Of a stretch of DNA of 59,083 bases, positions 54,518 through 59,083 are shown in pieces (within the stretch, counting starts at the first letter, position 1; the number at the start of each line of letters is the position of its first letter). Under the pieces are notes generated by a model. The model did no database searches. It was not told the origin of the DNA and saw only the letters and a list, made by a program, of their open reading frames with translations. The position numbers and the translations under genes are program-made. Source of the stretch: Candidatus Wolframiiraptor allenii (GTDB taxonomy: Archaea; Thermoproteota; Nitrososphaeria_A; Caldarchaeales; Wolframiiraptoraceae); NCBI GenBank assembly GCA_023539495.1, contig JAKCEV010000001.1, positions 1-59,083 of the forward strand, written 5' to 3'.

Positions 54518-54551
54518 TAGACTATCTAGGGTCTATGACCTAGATAGTCTA
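54518..54551. repeat. Perfect 13-bp stem / 8-nt loop hairpin (tagactatctagg-gtctatga-cctagatagtcta)
   Basis: Read directly. Located 10 nt beyond the cassette homology breakpoint. Confidence 0.85.
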
Positions 54552-54603
54552 CCTAGAAAGATGGTGAGAGATATATACGTGAAAAAAGAAAAAGGCTAAT
54601 AAC

Positions 54604-54975
54604 ATGGAGATTCCGCGAAATTATGAGATTAATTTGACTCAGAGCGGGCGGATGGCGGGGGATAAGCCCGACTGGACCCTGAGCAGGAATCCAACGGAGG
54701 TCTGCAATCCGCTTTGCAGGTACTTTAGGTGTGGGAGGAAGGACTTGGACTTTAAGAGGAATCCGCCATGGTGTGGCTGGGTTAACTCTCCCTGTGTCGG
54801 CTATAGGTGCAATTACGCCCTCTGTATCCAGAAGAAGCTTCTTCCGGATGGTAGATGCGCCCTCTTCGTCAAGAGGAAGACGGAGGAGGAAGAGAAACCG
54901 GAGATGCTGGAGTCTGGGCTTAGGATCGGCGCCGCTGATAGAGTTAGGAAAAAGTTGGATAAGTTCGGGATCTAG
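54604..54975 (+). CDS. Cys-rich small protein (8 Cys), function unknown
   Basis: CNPLCRYFRCG...WCGWVNSPCVGYRCNYALC...GRC spacing suggests two metal sites. Basic/acidic C-terminal tail. Confidence 0.45.
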   Translation: MEIPRNYEINLTQSGRMAGDKPDWTLSRNPTEVCNPLCRYFRCGRKDLDFKRNPPWCGWVNSPCVGYRCNYALCIQKKLLPDGRCALFVKRKTEEEEKPEMLESGLRIGAADRVRKKLDKFGI

Positions 54976-55829
54976 GCTTTGGCCACAATGTAGCCGGAGA
55001 TCACGATAAGCGCTCCGCCTAGGATGTCAATCGGCCCTAGGAGCTGCTCTAGGAAGACCGCACCCATTATCGTCGCGCTTAGGGGCTCTAGGTAAGTTAG
55101 GACAACTGCCTTATGCGCCTCCACCATCGCGAGGCCATAGAAGTATAGTGTCACAGCTGAGCAAGTGTTCATGCCGGAGAGTATTAACAAGAGGATCCAT
55201 TCCGATGTTGAGAGGCTCGGTGCCATGGGCCGGGATATGACCGCTAAGAAGATCGCCGCGAACACATATGAGTAGAACGCCGTGGTGAGGCTTGACTGCC
55301 CCTCCCTAAGCTTCTTCGATACGATTATGAAGCCGGCGTAGCTCAGACCTGCAAGAAGCCCGTAGATTATCCCCAAAATGTCTCCGGAGACACCTCGAAT
55401 CAGCTCCTCATGGGAGATCAAACATATGCCGAGGATCGACATTAACAGGGCCACGACTGATGTTTCCCTAATCCTTTCCTTCAGTATTACAGGAGATAAT
55501 ATTGCTGTGAAGACCGGGCCGAGGTAATTTAGGAGGACTGCCTCAGCTATCGGAATGAGTTTCATTGAGGCGAAGAGGAACGCCCAGCCAAGGGATAGGA
55601 GGAGGCCGTTTAGGATTAGGGGCTTCCAGCAGGACGTGATGCGCGCGAGATCATTCACTCTGAAGATCACCATGAAGGGGAGGAGGATTAGCGAGGCGAG
55701 GAAGACCCTGAAGAAGGCGATCGTGAATGCATCGAGGCTGATCATATTCACGATCACGCCATTTAATCCCCAGAGGACCGCTGCCGACGATATTGAGAGT
55801 ATCCCGAGAGGCCGTGTGCTCTTCCTCAT
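54972..55829 (-). CDS. EamA/DMT-family transporter
   Basis: Ten predicted TM segments in two EamA repeats. Start trimmed to MRKSTRPLGIL (55829). Confidence 0.8.
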   Translation of the reverse strand: MRKSTRPLGILSISSAAVLWGLNGVIVNMISLDAFTIAFFRVFLASLILLPFMVIFRVNDLARITSCWKPLILNGLLLSLGWAFLFASMKLIPIAEAVLLNYLGPVFTAILSPVILKERIRETSVVALLMSILGICLISHEELIRGVSGDILGIIYGLLAGLSYAGFIIVSKKLREGQSSLTTAFYSYVFAAIFLAVISRPMAPSLSTSEWILLLILSGMNTCSAVTLYFYGLAMVEAHKAVVLTYLEPLSATIMGAVFLEQLLGPIDILGGALIVISGYIVAKA

Positions 55830-55905
55830 CCCCAGCGTCAAGAAGATCCTCTGGGAGAAGTTAAAATATAGTTGCTCGGGGGCTGGATAGGTGAAGCTGA
55901 TACTC

Positions 55906-58230
55906 ATGTCGAGTGAACTTGAGAAGCACTGGGATCCAAAGCTTGAGGAGGAGCTCCTAGAGCTTTGGAGAAGGGAGGGGATTTACAGGTTTAATCCTAG
56001 GAGTAGGAGGCCCCTCTTCCTCATTGATACTCCTCCACCATATCCGTCTGGAAGACCTTGGCATATTGGGGCCGCCGCTCACTACTCTCAGATAGATATG
56101 ATTGCTAGAACTGCCAGGATGATGGGCTATGAGGTCTACTTCCCAATAGGAATTGATAGGAATGGGCTGCCGGTCGAGATCTACACTGAAAGGGTGAGAG
56201 GTGTCTCGATAAGGGATGTGCCAAGAGAGAGGTTCCTCGAGCTCTGCAGGGAGACCCTAGATCAGCTCGAGGCTGAGATGATAGCGCTGATGAGGCGTAT
56301 GGGGCTTAGCGGGGACTTTGACAACTATTACAGGACTGATTCCGAGGAGTATAGGGCCCTTACTCAGGCCACCTTCATCGAGCTCTGGAATCGCGGGCTG
56401 ATCTACTCCGCCACTAGGCCAAATAACTACTGCTGGGAATGTGGGACAACGATAGCCGACGCCGAGATAGAGTATGAGGAGAGACCTGCAAAACTTGTCT
56501 ACATCAAGTTCAAGGTCGAGGAGGATGAAAGCGACCTGATAATCGCGACCACGAGGCCGGAGCTCTTAGCAGCATGTCAGGCCGTGATAGTGAACCCAGG
56601 CGATGAGAGATATACTCATCTCCACTGGAAGCACGCAATCGTGCCAATATATAGTAGGAGGGTTGAGATTATTCCTCATCCAGCTGCTAGGCCGGAGTTC
56701 GGGACCGGCGCTGTGATGATCTGCAGCTACGGAGACTATACGGATGTGCTCCTATTCAGGGAGCTCGGACTCAAGGAGATAGTTGCGATAAATCAGGAAG
56801 GGAAGATGACGGAGGCGGCTGGCAAGTATGCCGGGATGAGGATCGAGGAAGCTAGGGAGGCGATAATCAGGGACCTCGAGGAAATGGGGCTTGTAGTGAA
56901 AGTTGAGGAAATAATGCATAGGACCCCGGTCTGCGAGAGGAGTAAGACGCCGATAGAGATCATACCGATGGAAGATTATTATCTGAAGCAACTTGAGTTC
57001 GCCGAGATCTTAAAGGAGAAGTCGGCATTTATGAAGTTCCACCCGGAGCGGCATAGAAAACTCCTCATAGACTGGATAGACTCACTCAAGATAGATTGGC
57101 CGATTAGCAGGCGGAGATACTATGGGACGGAGATACCGATCTGGTATTGTGAAAGGTGCGGCGAGCCTCATCTACCGCCGGCGGGCAGGTATTATCGCCC
57201 ATGGATCGAGGACCCGCCATTTGAGAGGTGCAAGAAATGTGGTCACGATAGATTCATCGGCGAGACAAGGACATTCGACACTTGGATGGACTCAAGTATC
57301 TCGCCGCTCTTCATAACCAAATATAGCCGTGATGAGCGCTTCTTCAGAAGAGCTTACCCAGTTGCGATCAGGCCCCAAGGCAAGGACATCGTCAGGACCT
57401 GGCTATACTACACGATCCTTCGATGTTATCAGCTCACGGGCAAGATGCCTTTCAAGCATGTCTGGATAAGCGGGACGGGGCTCGACGAGAAGGGGGAGAA
57501 GATGAGTAAGAGTAAGGGGAATGTTATAGACCCGGCACCAATAATCGAGAAATATGGCGCAGATAGATTCAGGTTCTGGTGCGCTCAAGAGTCAAGCCTG
57601 GGGGAGGATTTTAGGATCTCGGAGGAGAGGATAGCGAATGCGGGGAAATTTATAACAAAATTCCTCAACATCGCGAGGTATGTCTCGTTATTCCCGAGAC
57701 CTAGGAGGGCTGTGCTTATGCCGACAGATAGATGGATTCTCGCCGAGCTCGCGGAGACAGCCCGTAAATGCTATGAGGGCTACCGTGACTTCAACTTCTT
57801 CATACCAGCAACAGCGATAAGGAACTTCGCTTGGAACATATTTGCCGACCATTATATCGAGATGTCCAAGCAGAGGGCTTATGGCAGGGGCTTCTCGAAG
57901 AGCGAGCAGAGGGCTGCATGGTACACACTCCACGAGTCTCTCAGGACCATTCTCCTCCTGCTAGCGCCGATCACACCATTCATCACAGACTATATCTGGA
58001 GGAAACTGTACTCCAAGAAGAGCATTCATCTCGAAAGGTTCCCAAAGGTGAGGTGGAGCCGGGCATACACAAAGTACACGAACACGATAATAGAATTCAA
58101 CTCGATGGTCTGGAGGATGAAGAAGGAGAGAGGATTGTCATTAAGGGATCCGATAGAGGTCGAGATACCAAGGGAGCTTAAACCTTTCAAAAGGGACTTA
58201 GTCGCAATGCATAATATCGTGGTGCGCTAG
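55906..58230 (+). CDS. valS: Valyl-tRNA synthetase
   Basis: Class I HIGH-type motif PPPYPSGRPWHIGAA, editing-domain CWECGT, KMSKS. Start taken as the ATG at 55906 (MSSELEKHW). Confidence 0.88.
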   Translation: MSSELEKHWDPKLEEELLELWRREGIYRFNPRSRRPLFLIDTPPPYPSGRPWHIGAAAHYSQIDMIARTARMMGYEVYFPIGIDRNGLPVEIYTERVRGVSIRDVPRERFLELCRETLDQLEAEMIALMRRMGLSGDFDNYYRTDSEEYRALTQATFIELWNRGLIYSATRPNNYCWECGTTIADAEIEYEERPAKLVYIKFKVEEDESDLIIATTRPELLAACQAVIVNPGDERYTHLHWKHAIVPIYSRRVEIIPHPAARPEFGTGAVMICSYGDYTDVLLFRELGLKEIVAINQEGKMTEAAGKYAGMRIEEAREAIIRDLEEMGLVVKVEEIMHRTPVCERSKTPIEIIPMEDYYLKQLEFAEILKEKSAFMKFHPERHRKLLIDWIDSLKIDWPISRRRYYGTEIPIWYCERCGEPHLPPAGRYYRPWIEDPPFERCKKCGHDRFIGETRTFDTWMDSSISPLFITKYSRDERFFRRAYPVAIRPQGKDIVRTWLYYTILRCYQLTGKMPFKHVWISGTGLDEKGEKMSKSKGNVIDPAPIIEKYGADRFRFWCAQESSLGEDFRISEERIANAGKFITKFLNIARYVSLFPRPRRAVLMPTDRWILAELAETARKCYEGYRDFNFFIPATAIRNFAWNIFADHYIEMSKQRAYGRGFSKSEQRAAWYTLHESLRTILLLLAPITPFITDYIWRKLYSKKSIHLERFPKVRWSRAYTKYTNTIIEFNSMVWRMKKERGLSLRDPIEVEIPRELKPFKRDLVAMHNIVVR

Positions 58231-58231
58231 C

Positions 58232-58996
58232 CTACTTCACCTCGATCTTTCGCAAGGCTTCGAGAACTATCTTTGCAGCCCTTTTGACACTATCCTCAAG
58301 CTTATCTGCGGTCAGTATGGGCGTTTCCCGCACCACGTTATTACTCAGGATTAGGAGAGCACCTGACTTTATCCCCCTCATTCTCGAGACCCCGAATAGG
58401 GCAGCGCACTCCATCTCTATCGCTATGACCCCCCTCTTAGCCCACCCCATCGCGAACTCATGGCTCTCGGCGTAGAATGCATCATTAGAGACCACAGCCC
58501 CGATCCTGAAGCTTGCGCCACTTCTTCTCGCCTCTTGGACAAGGGCCTCCAAGACCTCGTAATTTGGCGCTAGCGGCAAGTGAACCCCGGGAGCATATGT
58601 TGCTAGAACACCGTATGTGGAGAGGCTGGCAACAGCATCTGGTATAACGAGCTCCCCAGGCTCCATGTCTGGTAGAAGGCCGCCCGCGGTCCCCAGCCTC
58701 ACGATCACCTTCGCCCCGAGCATTATCAGCTCCTCGAAGGCTATTGCTGATGATGGGCCACCAATACCATGACAGGCCACCGAGACCCTGACGTCACCAT
58801 ACTCACCCGTATACACTGGGAATCCACGGTGAAGATTCACAGGCCTCGCATTATCGAGGAGCCTCGAGACCTGCTCCACCCTCGCGGGATCACCAACAGC
58901 TATAACCCTCTCAGCAACCTCACCAGGCTTAGCAAGAATATGATAAGGACCGCCCACGACCTCCTCCCTACCCCTGAGTAGGGAGGGAGCCAACAT
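58232..58996 (-). CDS. PNP/UDP-family nucleoside phosphorylase (DeoD/uridine phosphorylase type)
   Basis: VIAVGDPARV, CHGIGGPSSAIAFEELI, RLGTAGG, EMECAALF blocks. Confidence 0.85.
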   Translation of the reverse strand: MLAPSLLRGREEVVGGPYHILAKPGEVAERVIAVGDPARVEQVSRLLDNARPVNLHRGFPVYTGEYGDVRVSVACHGIGGPSSAIAFEELIMLGAKVIVRLGTAGGLLPDMEPGELVIPDAVASLSTYGVLATYAPGVHLPLAPNYEVLEALVQEARRSGASFRIGAVVSNDAFYAESHEFAMGWAKRGVIAIEMECAALFGVSRMRGIKSGALLILSNNVVRETPILTADKLEDSVKRAAKIVLEALRKIEVK

Positions 58997-59083
58997 TAAT
59001 ATCTGACGACCTCCTCTCTACGCAGGATGGGGACGTTTGGGCTACATCCCTCCTCCCTAGGAGGTTTAGCCCTTGGCCGGGTC

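Noticed and set aside
58997-59083. Nested hairpin gggcta-cat-ccctcc-tcc-ctaggagg-tt-tagccc at the right window edge.
   Set aside because: It is truncated by the window end and cannot be distinguished from a promoter or terminator structure, or from the start of an adjacent gene or RNA.

Overview
Archaeal chromosomal window with tightly packed, often overlapping genes, roughly half G+C by eye. Gene content points to a Thermoproteota/Korarchaeota-type organism, and the crenactin-arcadin cluster and overall style resemble Candidatus Korarchaeum; that is inference only, no search was run. Housekeeping content: alaS; the secE-spt5-L11-L1-P0 ribosomal cluster (secE is below the ORF-track cutoff and was found by hand); NAC, HflX, uS4, MoaB/MoaC, Taw1, aEF-2, dCTP deaminase, TatD, prs-Trm(G10)-RNase Z, Nudix, valS and a nucleoside phosphorylase. 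There is a crenactin operon. There is also a dense replication island: rfcS, rfcL, orc1/cdc6, gins23, an intein-containing mcm, and hel308. One tRNA-Gly(CCC) is present; no rRNA and no CRISPR array were found. The most interesting signal is a nucleotide-conserved cassette present three times (1-570, 14403-15045, 54057-54508). It holds two divergently transcribed small ORFs, here called ORF-A and ORF-B. ORF-A is translationally coupled to a different DNA nuclease gene in each complete copy: a free-standing HTH-LAGLIDADG endonuclease in copy 2 and an IS200/IS605-type TnpB in copy 3, the latter disrupted by an 8-bp tandem duplication and a 1-nt indel. Copy 2 carries a ~60-nt inverted duplication of the ORF-A promoter and start codon flanking ORF-B. 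Copy 3 is cut off at a perfect 13-bp hairpin. This looks like an undescribed mobile or selfish module, or a nuclease-associated accessory pair. Second-tier signals: a ~0.5-kb non-coding region upstream of EF-2 with dyad and direct repeats (candidate oriC or operator array) followed by a telomere-like G-tract run; a wHTH + ATP-cone + degenerate NrdD-like fusion protein; and a candidate C/D box sRNA.
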